From the NCBI GenBank assembly GCA_010405405.1, contig MU004235.1, positions 1,254,538-1,318,537 of the forward strand: a stretch of DNA of 64,000 nucleotides, given 5' to 3'. The DNA is from Microthyrium microscopicum. Lineage: Eukaryota. Below, in pieces: positions 1-12,033 of this stretch (position 1 is the stretch's first letter; the number at the start of each line of letters is the position of its first letter). Both the position numbers and the translations under genes were made by a program. The notes beneath the pieces are model-generated. The model was not told where the DNA came from. It saw only the letters and a list, made by a program, of their open reading frames with translations, and did no database searches.

Positions 1-211
1 TGGAAACAATACACCTGGGTAGCGGAAGTTCAGTGTTGTTATGATATATTTGAATTTGTGGGATTATCTGATTTGATCTTAAATGATCTTGGTTGATGTT
101 AACCAATCAGAGGGCAGCATTTTACCAATATCAGATACAGAGTAGGCAGCCCGCCAGGAGCACGGAACTCTGCGTACCAGTATCAAAAGACACACCAAGC
201 CAAAGCAACGA

Positions 212-3200
212 TCAGTCAGGAAAGGCGGTGTTATGCCTCCCCTTTTCCGTAAGAATTAATGAACGCCCGATACGCGTTTTCTGGATGTGGCTCAACCCAA
301 CAGTTCCCTGTCGAGCTCTCTTCTCTACTTGTTTAATACTAGCGACACTCGGCGACCGGGCAGCTCTTTTACGACCAGGTGGTGTGCTTGAAGTGTCTCT
401 TGCTTGCCCGCTGGCTCTAGCCTGGGTTGAGCCGACGGGCAACTCTGCGAGAGCACTACGACGTGTAGTTCTGCTGGTAAGCGGAGATATGGGACTGCTT
501 GGCTCAGAATCCTCAAGAATTGTGGTATCGACCATAGCCTGCGACGCACGGCGACGAGAAGGCTTGGGAGCCAGAGAAGAGGCCAACAGTCCTGGAGCTG
601 AACTAGACATTGGCGCAGTACTAGATGTGCCCATCGCCTGAGATGGCAAGCCGCTCTGGCGACGCCGTTTTTCGTCCCGTTCGCGCGCTGTAGCTTTGAA
701 ACGAGCCTCGATGTCAGTCTGGTCGGCTTCTCGCCGCTGTCCAATGGCCTCATCGGTGTCCTCGGCCGAGTCAATCTCAATTACTTGTCGATTGGCAGAT
801 TGAGATGCGCTCTGGCCTCTCGTCGCCTCTTTTTGTTTCCTGCGTTCCTGCCTCTGTTGCTCGAGTTCAGTAAACCTTGTGGGTACCAGAACGGCCAACG
901 CCTCAAGCTTTTTAAGCAGGTCTATGCTATGGTCATCATATTCATCCCAGTCATGAGGAAGAGTTGCTTGACCCTTTAACCAATCCCATTCTATTGGGGA
1001 TGGCAGGTTGCTGAGCTTAGTAGCACTAGAGAAGATATGGGCCAACTGCCATTGAGTATGACGGCTTAGCACTGTAAAAGACGATACACCATACTTAGAC
1101 ATAGCAGAGGGTGGATGTAATCTCCGTGCCCAGTCTTGCGCCCAAGCTGTAATCTCTTCTAAAGCAAACCAGCCACGACTATTGAGAGCTGGAGGTTTCA
1201 GTTCGGCCAATTTGTCTTTGCGAGGAGCAATCTCCGGAAGTAACAGGGCTGGGTTACATCTATTACAGCAAAGTAGCGGATCTCGAGCTGGTAAAGATGG
1301 CATCTGATCTTCACCAAGAAACTTCCAGATTACGACGCGGATACAATCAGCGTTTGCCAAATCATGGAACTCCTGGGGAGTTTTCGCTCGTTGCTTAGTC
1401 TCGGGTTTGGAAAAGAACTCTATCTTCTTTGACTTCTTTTGCTTCCCTACTGTATTCTGGGTTGAAGGTCCGGCCCAAGACGAACTAGCCACGGGAGATT
1501 CTGGTTCAGTAGATTCTCGTTCTACATCAGCGAGGCTATTTTCGCTAATGTCTGATACATCGCCTGGTGTCCATACTTGCGATAGAGGATGCGATGAAGC
1601 TTGCTGGGAAAGAGCCTGCTGAGACTGATGTTGTCGTTGCATAGCGCGATGCGATGAAAGCATATGACGCGTAGCAGTTTTCCGCTGGCGCGTTATAGCC
1701 GTACTGGGCTCAGGTGCATCCTGAACAGGTCGTTCTTTTGCATATTCATTATGCAAGTAATATGGGAGCCAAATTTCGACCGTACCATGGTCACCTTCAC
1801 CTCGCGCGCCACGACCAGCGCGCTGCCAGAGATCCAGCATATCGTAACCAATCGGTATTTTCCAAATGATGATAAGCATGACACCAGGAATGTGGCAGCC
1901 AAGCCCAAGACAAGTGGTCGCTACCATAATTCGAATCTCGGAGTCGGGTTTGCAGAAAGTGGTATAGCGGCGATTTTGATCATACTTGGATGACCGAGAC
2001 GTATACTCCTCAACAATCCTGTCAACGCAAAATGCTCCAGCCTTCGGATCGCGTGAGTACTTCTTAGGGTGACCGTCGGGAAGATGAGAAGTAAGTGTAA
2101 CTAGCGAACGGCGAAGGTACATGAGCGCAGTTCGGATGCTGAAGATACCATCAACAAAGATAATTGTCTTTGGTATCTTGGACGGACTCCCAACTTTGAT
2201 CTTGCGGTTAGAGCGTTTACGTGTACGCTTACGCTTAAGTTTGGGATATTGACTGGAACTATCAACATCAATACCTTCTTCGCCTGAACGTTCGCCGTCA
2301 GCATCATCCTCGTCCTCCGCGGAATGAAGATCAGATCCAGGACTTGCCGTATCTACACTGGCACCACACCCATTGTCAGACTGCACGTCCTGGCGTTGAA
2401 CATCTTCTTGGCTAGCAGTTGCTTCATGGTGATTCTCATCTGCTAAGGCGGTAGTTTCGTGCACCCGTTGAAACGCGTACCGCAGAACATTGTAAAGATT
2501 GTCAAAAGAAGTAAGCTTGCCTTTCTCAATGAAGCGCACGACAATGGACAGATCTGGACGATCGATGCTCGTTCTCAATAGAGTGGTTTGCCGCTGATGT
2601 TGACCTAACCGTCGAAAGCCACCAAGCTGAAGAACTGTTTCCTGCGCCGGTCGACTTAATGTGCCGGTACATCCAAACCAGACGACATCCTGTGGCAGTA
2701 TTGCTCTAAGCTCGCCGATCATGGTGAACTTCGTTCGAAAGTTACGCCACTGATGGACGAGGTGACACTCATCAATGGCAACACATCCGATTCTTTGCTG
2801 AAACTCTACGTCCTTTAGAAGTTTCCGGAAGTCTGGGGACGACACTAGCTCTGGCGATAAGAGAATATGACTAAAGTCTCCTCTCCTCATCCTGCGAGTG
2901 AGATGTCGAATCTTCTCTTTGGAATCCCCTGTTAGCAGACGAGGAGTACATCCTTCTACGTTCTTAATGCTATTGCACTGGTCTTCCCCGAGTCTATTGA
3001 GAGGAACAATCTGGAGTGTAATCTTGCCGGTCAGAGCACCGTAGGCGTGTAGGATCAGGCTTTTGCCAAACCCAGTTTTGGCTATCAAAAGTACATCCCC
3101 ACCGCCATAGATCAATGTACGAAGGGCTCGAATCTGGGCTTCTTTTGGCTCAATGTCCGGATAGAATCGTTTCAAAGCACTTCTCAACACGCCAGGCTGT

Positions 3201-3463
3201 TTCTCTGAATAACTTTCGCCCCGAGTCAAGACATTGATCATCTTCTGGATAGTTTCTGGTTTCATCCTGGGCATCCTCTTGGTACGTTCATCAAGTTCTT
3301 CTGGCTCCATCTCGTCTAGGTCATATGGCAATGGAGGGTACTGTGTCTCCTGGCTTTTGCGATGATTAGGAAAACGTTCCCCATTATTGGTTCGCCTATT
3401 TGCTGGCTTCTTTTGGAATCCTCGGGGGATTTTTGGCATTCTTTTCGTCTTTGTGGATGGCAT
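212..3463 (-). CDS. RecQ-like superfamily II (DExH) helicase, intronless, 1083 aa
   Basis: Motif I AKTGFGKS, motif II IDECH, motif III CTGT, motif V VATTCLGLG, motif VI QRAGRGAR, RQC-like Zn ligands (CIR...CCNRC); disordered C-terminus. Confidence 0.9.
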   Translation of the reverse strand: MPSTKTKRMPKIPRGFQKKPANRRTNNGERFPNHRKSQETQYPPLPYDLDEMEPEELDERTKRMPRMKPETIQKMINVLTRGESYSEKQPGVLRSALKRFYPDIEPKEAQIRALRTLIYGGGDVLLIAKTGFGKSLILHAYGALTGKITLQIVPLNRLGEDQCNSIKNVEGCTPRLLTGDSKEKIRHLTRRMRRGDFSHILLSPELVSSPDFRKLLKDVEFQQRIGCVAIDECHLVHQWRNFRTKFTMIGELRAILPQDVVWFGCTGTLSRPAQETVLQLGGFRRLGQHQRQTTLLRTSIDRPDLSIVVRFIEKGKLTSFDNLYNVLRYAFQRVHETTALADENHHEATASQEDVQRQDVQSDNGCGASVDTASPGSDLHSAEDEDDADGERSGEEGIDVDSSSQYPKLKRKRTRKRSNRKIKVGSPSKIPKTIIFVDGIFSIRTALMYLRRSLVTLTSHLPDGHPKKYSRDPKAGAFCVDRIVEEYTSRSSKYDQNRRYTTFCKPDSEIRIMVATTCLGLGCHIPGVMLIIIWKIPIGYDMLDLWQRAGRGARGEGDHGTVEIWLPYYLHNEYAKERPVQDAPEPSTAITRQRKTATRHMLSSHRAMQRQHQSQQALSQQASSHPLSQVWTPGDVSDISENSLADVERESTEPESPVASSSWAGPSTQNTVGKQKKSKKIEFFSKPETKQRAKTPQEFHDLANADCIRVVIWKFLGEDQMPSLPARDPLLCCNRCNPALLLPEIAPRKDKLAELKPPALNSRGWFALEEITAWAQDWARRLHPPSAMSKYGVSSFTVLSRHTQWQLAHIFSSATKLSNLPSPIEWDWLKGQATLPHDWDEYDDHSIDLLKKLEALAVLVPTRFTELEQQRQERRKQKEATRGQSASQSANRQVIEIDSAEDTDEAIGQRREADQTDIEARFKATARERDEKRRRQSGLPSQAMGTSSTAPMSSSAPGLLASSLAPKPSRRRASQAMVDTTILEDSEPSSPISPLTSRTTRRSALAELPVGSTQARASGQARDTSSTPPGRKRAARSPSVASIKQVEKRARQGTVGLSHIQKTRIGRSLILTEKGRHNTAFPD

Positions 3464-3545
3464 TGCTGACTTAGTTGAAACAGTTTGGACCTAGAACATA
3501 CAATAAGCATAATGGTTTGGCGGTGAGGCATAGACGGAGCAATAA

Positions 3546-3622
3546 AACATCTTGACAGATTTTCTAACATCTTGACAGATCTTCTAACATCTTTACAGAT
3601 CTTCTAACATCATCCAGATCTT
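3546..3622. repeat. Tandem 20-bp repeat AACATCTTKACAGATYTTCT, about 3.8 copies, upstream of the helicase ATG
   Basis: Units start at 3546, 3566, 3586 and 3606 (last one degenerate). Confidence 0.85.
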
Positions 3623-5070
3623 GCAAGAAGTGGCAACTTTGTCAGGCTCGTTGAAGATTTTACCAACATCTTATAGACCTCAATCAACATACAGCACCAG
3701 AAGACTCTCAATGTCTATCAACTACGACCATTTGACAGTTTGTACATATATCCTATAATAAGGAAATGATCGACCAGGTAGGTGATAATATGGTAGTTGG
3801 CAGAATGAAAAGGGAGAATGCACCACCACCAACGACAATAACCCAAAAATAACGCACCGGATTGAAACGGATGTCGGTTTTGAATACATGTATGTATATA
3901 AAATTGTATATACCGTGGCGGTTGTTTGGTGGTCGATGGTTAAAGGTGCGCTCACCAAAATGCGAACAGTATGTCGTTTTTGGGTATGTAGGGAGGAACA
4001 CTTCAATATCGTGGTTTCGCGTCGATTCTGAATAAAAATAGATTCATTAGAAAGCCGATTTCTGACTATAGGGATTAAATAGTACCGAATTTGAGCTATG
4101 GGGCTGTAATTGTGATGGTGTTGAGTTATTTATGAAAATAGCAAAATTGCGAAGCGGATCACTGCAAAATTTTCCGAGTTGTCCTCAGACGCGACTACGT
4201 CGCAGCCAGCGGAGACTTGGCGCGATCTGATTGGCTGAGATAAGCTAGTTGCACCGTTTATTGTTAGTTTTGCGGCTACAATGGATGGTCGGGCTTCGGT
4301 ACCCACTCTTAGACGCCTGCAGCCGACGATTTTCCTGATATCCGGACGAGCGGCAAGGTGCTTTATGAGCCAGAGAACCCCAGTTTCTCTCATTATCGTA
4401 GAGAGAATAGAGAAACCCCGTAAAGATCCTACGTGTGCATTGGATGGACAATGAATCCTGGTTTGACTTCCCCAGAATCTTGGAGGCTGACCACGGGCTA
4501 TCATGGGAACTTAAGCTTTCGTTCGTGGCAATATTTCACCTGCTTTGAGAATGGCCATCCGAAAAAAAGGCCTCCAAACGTGACAACGTGGGTCATGAGC
4601 TTCATTAATTTGCCTTTTGGCTACAGTTGAGGAGCCAGGTGTGGAGCCAGAGAACTGTTGTGAGCAGTATCGTTCGTGCTATCGCCTGCATTAGTTCCCC
4701 ACAACTCAAAGGGTGCTGTGCACTAGACATGCAAGTCACTCGAGGCCAGAGCTTGACGCTTCAAGAGGCTTGTGGTGGAAATAAACAGTGACAAGCCGGA
4801 AATATCAGGTATTAACCTAGATTGGCTAAAGCATAAATCCCAATTTCCTCATTCTTGATCAATTCGAATGCTCAGTTGAATTCGAGAAGCCAGGTTCGTG
4901 GATGAATCATTGCTCATTATGGATTATCTAGGATTCTAGGACCATCAATGTGTACACGACGTTCTCTAACGCACAAATGGAAAGATTTACATGATCAAAG
5001 TGAACAACCCACTTACGCCTAAACATGTGAATGCTGATTGCTGAAGACTTGAGAATGCACGCCAAACAAA

Positions 5071-7002
5071 CTACTCCACATCCCAGTCATGGTCGGAGCT
5101 ACGAACATACGGGGAGAGCATCTGGACATCCCCGCTTGACGTGCCCTTGACATCTCCGTTGCCCAGAAATGCGAAGCGATTCTTGTAACGGTAGCGGTAA
5201 TTGTAATCTTCATAACGTGGACGCTTGATCGATTTAAGGAAGTGGATGGTCTGCGAATATGTTAGCGATCATTGCCTTTTGGGAGCATAGAGGTACTTAC
5301 AGCACCAGGCCACAAGTAAATGCGGTTCTTGATCTTGCCGTCCTTGAACCAACTTCGACAATCTTCTTTCCATACAGTAGCGGTGTGGAACTCGTCAAAG
5401 TGTGCATAGAGCTCATCGAGTGCTTCTTGCTTGACTTCAACAGCCTTGATACCCTCAGTGGAGATCTTTTTGATCATCTGTATCGAGTACTCTATGGTAG
5501 TCTCGATTGACGGAATCAAGGTGCCGTTACTCCAGGTTGCACCTGGTCCAACAATAGTGAAGTAGTTGGGAAAGCGAGGAGCTGACACTCCCATGTATAG
5601 ATTTGGCCCATTCGACCAATCCTCGCTGACTGTCTTACCCTCGCCGTTTATTACACGGAAAGCAGGCTGGAAAGCAACCTTGAAGCCAGTCGCACAGACA
5701 ATGATGTCAACTTCGTGCTCAACGCCGTCGTCTGAAATCACGCCCTTTGGTGAAATACCCTTGATGCCACCGTAGACTGGGGTAACGTTATCCTGAACAA
5801 GAGCTTCAAGGTATCCATCACCAGGCGAGATTCTTCTGCATCCAGGTGCCCATTTTGGAATGATAAACTCCTTGAGCTTGTCGTGTCCAGGACCCATGCG
5901 GCGGTGCATTTCTTTGGTGATGACATCTCTGAACTTGTCGGATAATTCAGAGCCCTGCTTGTACATGCCGAATAAGCTGTTAATCTCAGCCTCGATTCTC
6001 TTTCGGAAGTTCAAGTGATATTCAGGATCGTCGCGGAACTTGTGCATCTCTTCTTCACTGAAGGTGTATTGCCGTTGGCCCGCATCAACCTCTGCTCCCT
6101 TTTGCATATCGGTTTGCAATGCGCCAGCGCCAAACGGAGGGCTGATCCACGTTGGGCTGCGCATGAAGACTTTGACGTTTTTGCAGCATTTCTGTAGTTG
6201 TGGGACGATTTGAACGCTGGTAGATCCGGTACCTATGACAGCCACAGTCTTTCCTTCAAAGTCGACGCCATGGTTCCAAGCTGCGCTGTGCATCAACGAG
6301 CCTTTAAAGTCATGAATGCCGTCGATCTTAGGCCATTCCCAGGTGTTCAAGATTCCGGTACCATTGATGAAAACGTGTGCCCAATCCTTCCATACACCTT
6401 TGTCTTTTTGATTTTCGAGTGTGATGTTCCAGATGCCGTCTGTCTCGTCCCATTTGCCCTCGATGACCTTTGTGTTCAGTTTCATGTACTTTTCAATGCC
6501 TAATGCTTATCAACGACCGCCCATTCCAACGCTATGGGAAGAGTAACTTACCATGTCTCTTGGCAAATCCTTCAAAGTACCCCTGAATGTCTGCTCCTTT
6601 GGCAAAGAACTGTGGCCAGTCCCACTTTGGATCCCAAGTGTAATTATAATCGTGTGCTGGAATATCGCAAGCAATTCCGGGATAGGTATTTTCATACCAA
6701 GTTCCACCAAATTGGGGGTTCTTCTCGTATAAAACCAATTCCCAGCTACCAGGTGTCAACATCTTCTCCAGTTTGTACGCAAGGCAAAGACCAGAAGCAC
6801 CAGCTCCAACACAAGCGATCCGTAGTTTTCGTGGTTTCGAATGATATTGATCTAAGACGCGGTATGGTCCCTCGGGCATGGCTTCAGGATAGTCGAATTC
6901 ATCCACAATGAGGTGTGCGGTTTGAGCTGCATGGCCGTTCACAGCTGGACTGGCAACACCGTTCGCACTGGCTTCACTTGCAGACATTTGAGAGGGTGCC
7001 AT
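5071..7002 (-). CDS. Flavin-binding monooxygenase (BVMO/StcW-like), 3 exons
   Basis: GAGASG; GGTWYENTYPG..CDIP; FKGSLMHSAAW (FxGxxxHxxxW); GTGSTS; CATGF. Introns 6500-6551 and 5251-5300; ends ...DHDWDVE*. Confidence 0.9.
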
Positions 7003-7853
7003 GCTGATTTCGTCTTGAGTCCCAAAGTCTCTTGTTGCGCAATGCAGTAGAGATTTCCAATTTTGGCTTGACGGGAAAAGTCGTACTTGACTACTGCAAA
7101 ACCTTGGGTACAATTCACACTTATATTCTAGAACAGCTACTATTGAAACCCACTAGAATCAGGCGCTCACACGACTATCATTGGATCGCAAAAAACTACA
7201 GGTTATGTTTTCCGCACTCGGTTCATAAGTCGCGGAAGTACAATAAAACTGCCGTGTCGGAAGTGTATGGTGGTTGCACACACTATCAGTTGGTCTAGGT
7301 GGCCGCAACTCCGGGGTGGTGCCAGCATCATACTGGCGTGTCAAGAGCTAAGAACGATCTAGATTATGGTATCGGGAAGAGGTTTCGCGCTGCTATCGTC
7401 TTGTTTACATTCTCGGAAAATTGGTGTCGGATGCGTTGTGTAGTTTCTAAAGCGGAAAAGCATAGGCGATACTACTAGTTTGATCTTCAAAGTATCACCC
7501 GTCTTTCCAGCCAATCATATTATACCAATTTCAGCCTTGCAGTCAGCCTTGCTGAGGCTCTTTACGAACAACACCCCAGGCCTGTTTGAAGTTGCCGTGC
7601 AAACTAGAATGATACTGAATTTGGTAGTCTGCTTAATTTAATGATTCAAGTCGCGCAGCTAGGGGGGTTTTAGACGTGGATTCGTCCTGTCAGATGCCCA
7701 CAGGATGGTGATCTGCAGCATATCTAAACTAAGTAGGTACCTTATAGAGTGCAGTAAGTTGACCTATTCTCAGAAGATAATCATATATTCCATTCACTAC
7801 GTAGCGCTTCCGAATCAATGCTGACCAAATCAATAATGTAGGAAGCACGGGTA

Positions 7854-9716
7854 CTAAATTCTGGCCCGAACGTAGCCTTCTAGCATCGCGGCGTCCCGCT
7901 TTGCCCATTCCTTCATCTGCTTCCGAACAATCTTCCCACTAGCTAGCTTCGGTACTTCATCTATGAACAAAATTCCTCCAACTAGTTGCTTGTGCTTGGC
8001 AACTTTGCTGTTCATATAGACATGAATATCATCATACGTAATCTTGTCATAGGCTTCAGGCTTCAGTACAATGTATGCACGTGGCCACTCCTCGCTATGT
8101 CTAACATCGATTAGTTGCTTTCTTCATATTGCGGCGTAGGAAACCTACATCGTGATTCCCACTACGGCTGCGTCCGAGATAAGTTCATGTTCCAAAAGAA
8201 CGGCCTCTAGTTCTGCAGGAGCAACTTGTAATGCATTGACCTTGATCAGTTCCTGAATTTCGTTAGAGATGACTTGTCTTGTGAAAAAGCAAAGTCAGTT
8301 TACCTTCTTCCTATCCACAATCCAAAATCTCTGCTCTTTGTCTATTACTGCAATGTCACCAGTCTTCAACCAACCATGAGCATCAAGAGTCTCTTTCGTA
8401 GCTTCTTCATTTTTCCAGTATCCAAGGCATATGTTGGGTCCTCGAACAAATATTTCTCCTGGTTGTCCAACCTCTACTTCTTTACCATCATCGTCGAGGA
8501 GTTTGCATTCCATATTGGAGACTAACCTACCAACGCTGCCCGTGCTACTTGATGTTAGCTCACCGGTCTATATCTCAGGCTTTACAACATACTTATCGTG
8601 TTCCTTGAAAGGTACAAAGAGAGCTCCATTCGTGTTTTCTGTCATTCCCCAACCCTGAGTGACCCGGATGCCGAATCGTTTTGTGATATCATTCTGGAGT
8701 TCCTTGGAAAGCGGCGCGGCACCACATAACGCGTGAGTGACACTGCTGATGTCGAACTTTGCAGTTTCAGGTCTCTTGCTCAACATTACAAGAATCGGGG
8801 GTGCCACTTGGAGGTTGGTGATCTTATAAGTAGAAATAACTCTGAGGAACTCCTCGAACTGGAACTTTTCCATGATATAATTTGGAATGTTCATCTTGAC
8901 CGTCAGAACCATTGACCACATTTGCCCATAAGCGTGATACAAAGGTAGGAACCCAATATTTCTCTCTGGCGGATGGTTGGTCCTGTCGTACCCTGTGTCC
9001 CAGAACTTGATGAGCATGGTTTGTTCCGCATTGGCAATTATGTTGGCGTGGGATATCATCACTCCCTTGGGCAAACCGGTCGTACCACTTGAGTAATTGA
9101 TGGTTGCGATCGTCTTCATTGCCTCCTCTGGGTAAAGTGTCTTCCATTTGTACTTTCTTGCCTCCTCAGGTGTACCGATTAGCTCTCTCCAGTCTTTGAT
9201 TCCATCAATGGGCCGACTGGGACGATCTGAGAAAAGGTATATACGCTCGCGCGGGAGTCCAGCTTTCTGCGCCGCAGCAAGTGCAGTTTCAACCATTGTT
9301 GGGTGTACGAACAAAGCCTTCGCGCCTGTGTTATTCATTTGGTAGGCCAATTCTAATATTTGTCAGCTTTTTCAGTCTCTTACTTGTTTTGTAGTCTTAC
9401 CAGGCACAGTGTAAATTGGATTTCCTGCGCTGAATATTCTGGTTGAGCCAACAATGCCCAAATAAGCAATTGGCACAAAAATATGGTTTGGCGACAGGAT
9501 CATGACCACCTCCTGAGACTTGACTCCTAGGCGATCTAAGCCAATTGCCATGCGTTTGGTCCATGATACAGCTTGCTTGGGTGATAGGCAGTTCGAAGGG
9601 TTCGAGGAGTCGATCCAAAGGGGCTCCTCCGAGAGGCGACTTCCTTCAGGAAACAGGTACTCTAGTAGATTTGATTTCGGAATATCAATATGAGGAAACT
9701 TGGGTAGAATAGGCAT
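7854..9716 (-). CDS. 4-coumarate-CoA-ligase-like acyl-CoA synthetase (AMP-binding), multi-exon; C-terminus -ARI (PTS1-like)
   Basis: YSSGTTGLPKG, QGWGMTE, WLKTGD, IVDRKK motifs; last exon ends VRARI*. Confidence 0.9.
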
Positions 9717-9978
9717 TTTGAATAGTATTTGATACAAACTATTTGGCTTTCAAACCTTGGGATTCAATCAATTGACAAGGGTGGGCGCGAAGGAATCTGG
9801 AAGGGAAAGCGTTGTTTTCATTCACCACCAAGCGTCTCACAACTAAATCGTACTTATGCCACACTCTGTTATCCTCCAGTAGGAATAACGGGAATTATGC
9901 GGCTTTGAACGGCTATTGGACTTTTAACTCTGGGGAAACCGCATCTCGGGAACAGCCGAATGGCTGCTGCGCTGCTGA

Positions 9979-9984
9979 CCGAGG
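9979..9984. promoter_or_regulatory. CCGAGG (FarA/FarB/CTF1-type core site) in the divergent ligase/SDR promoter
   Basis: Exact hexamer between two PTS1-like genes; a 6-mer can occur by chance. Confidence 0.35.
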
Positions 9985-10122
9985 GGTCGAGTGGGTAAAG
10001 TCGTCCTTGGAATCAGGACTGGACCCATAAGTCGCAGTTCCAAGGCTTTATCGCGGATCTAAAAACGAAAAAAATATCCCAATCGATTGTACGCAAAGGC
10101 ATCTACTATCCCTCATTTCAGC

Positions 10123-11107
10123 ATGTCAGAAATACGAGATTTCCAGTCCATGTTCAGACTTGATGGCAAGATTGCACTTGTCACCGGTGGTGAGACAGGT
10201 AGCTTCTCTAGTTGATTTGAGCTGATCTATCTAGGATCCAGAGGTCTTGGACTACATACTGCAACCGCCTTCCTCTTAGCTGGGGCAAAAAAGGTCTTCA
10301 TAACCGCTCGGAAGCTAGAGGGAGCAGAAGGAATCAATCAAGCTGTCGAAAAGCTCAACAAGCTCGCCAACATCAAGGGCACGGCGGTGGGAATAGCTGC
10401 AAATGTTGCCCAAACCGATCAAATTGAGAAACTCGTCGCCAAAGTAAAAGAAACAGAAGATCATCTGGATATATTGGTCTGCAACGCTGGAGCCACATGG
10501 GGAGGACCTTTCGAGCCAACCCCCGATTCCTCTACTATAAAGGTCTTGGACTTGAACGTAAGAGGAGTCTTCAACCTCGCAAGATTGTAAGTGACCAGTC
10601 CTCATATTCGTCTGTGATACTAAACTAGTTCAGATTTACACCATTATTAGCAGCCGGTGGAACACCTCGCGACCCTTCTAGAATCGTTATTGTCAGTTCC
10701 ACTGCCGGCAGTAACGTTGCACATATCGGTGATCACGGAACAATAATGTACTCAGTCTCAAAAGCCGCTGCTCACCATATGACCAGAAACTTGGCTATGG
10801 AGTTGGGCCCTAGAAACATCACTACAAATACCGTGGCCCCAGGTTTCTTTCCGTCAAAGTTAGCCAACGGATTGATAGAGATTTTGGGGGGAGAGCAAGA
10901 ACTCAATGATAGCAACCCCAGGCGCAGACTTGGCGAGGCTGAAGACATTGTCGGTGTAATGGTCTATCTTTGCTCTCCTGCCGCATCATATATGTAAGTT
11001 AAGGTACCCCCTCACCACTACTGATGCTAACAGATCATAGAAACGGAGAAGACATCGCTGTCGATGGCGGAATGAGATATGCATCTGGTCGACATTCCAA
11101 GATATAG
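10123..11107 (+). CDS. Classical short-chain dehydrogenase/reductase (RhlG/FabG-like), 4 exons; C-terminus -SKI (PTS1-like)
   Basis: TGGSRGLG across intron 1, CNAG, YSVSK catalytic motif, APGFFPS; ends GRHSKI*. Confidence 0.9.
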
Positions 11108-12033
11108 TCACTGTCCACACATAGCCTTAATTGTGATATTTTTTGCCCATCTCGTGTATATACTACAAACTAATGAGCATAACAATCTCTTTCAATCGCC
11201 TACTTGTTCTTATGTCGTGATTTCTCCACAACCCAGTTTCTCGATTTGTCCCAAACTCGCCTGAGCATAGGTCGTCCTATCCGACAAATCTAGAATTATA
11301 CAAATTTCAATTATCTACCCTAATTGAGCCATTGGTCGAAGCCAAAATCCTAGTGCAACTTAGCTGCAAGAGGCGCATATATGTCTAAGCTACATTTGCG
11401 TAGGCCATGATCCTGCGTTTGCCTTCTGAACCTCACTACCAGCCGTAGGGTCCAGATTGGCAAACCGTGAGCTTTGTTTCTTTTAGCTTCCGCTTGACTC
11501 ATGTAAGAGCTAGAGCAACTCATCAACTCAGGAACCAAGGTTTTGAGATTACCCCATAGTTAACGGAAGATCATCTACATTTGTCCTTCTACGAGGCAAG
11601 CTGACCACGAGACGCAAATTCTACAACGTCTTAATTCCCTCTAGCTTTTTACAACACGACCAAGCAGCTGTTCTTTGATTATTTGCATAAGAAGCCAACT
11701 TGATAGATATCCTAATTAGTGCCATGTAATATGTTTTGACTGATTCAAAGCGAGCGCAAATCTTTCGCGTTACCTGTAAAGACCTCGCATAAACGATTCC
11801 GCTCTGCCAGCCTTTGTATTTTGTCCTTCAACCTGCCCCTCTTTATAAAAGTCAGCACACCTGGCAATGAAACTCCGATTATTGGTGCCGGAATCCGATA
11901 TCTAATATTTGGCGGTGTCACAGGGACAAAGACTAGATTGCATAAAACTGCTGCGGTGCTTCTGCAATCCATCATTTGATAAACCACACCTCCAAACCAT
12001 AAGATTGCAAACTTACTCAACACGATTATTGTC

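Noticed and set aside
93..780. 182-aa (+) and 151-aa (-) ORFs
   Set aside because: Shadow frames overlapping the helicase C-terminus
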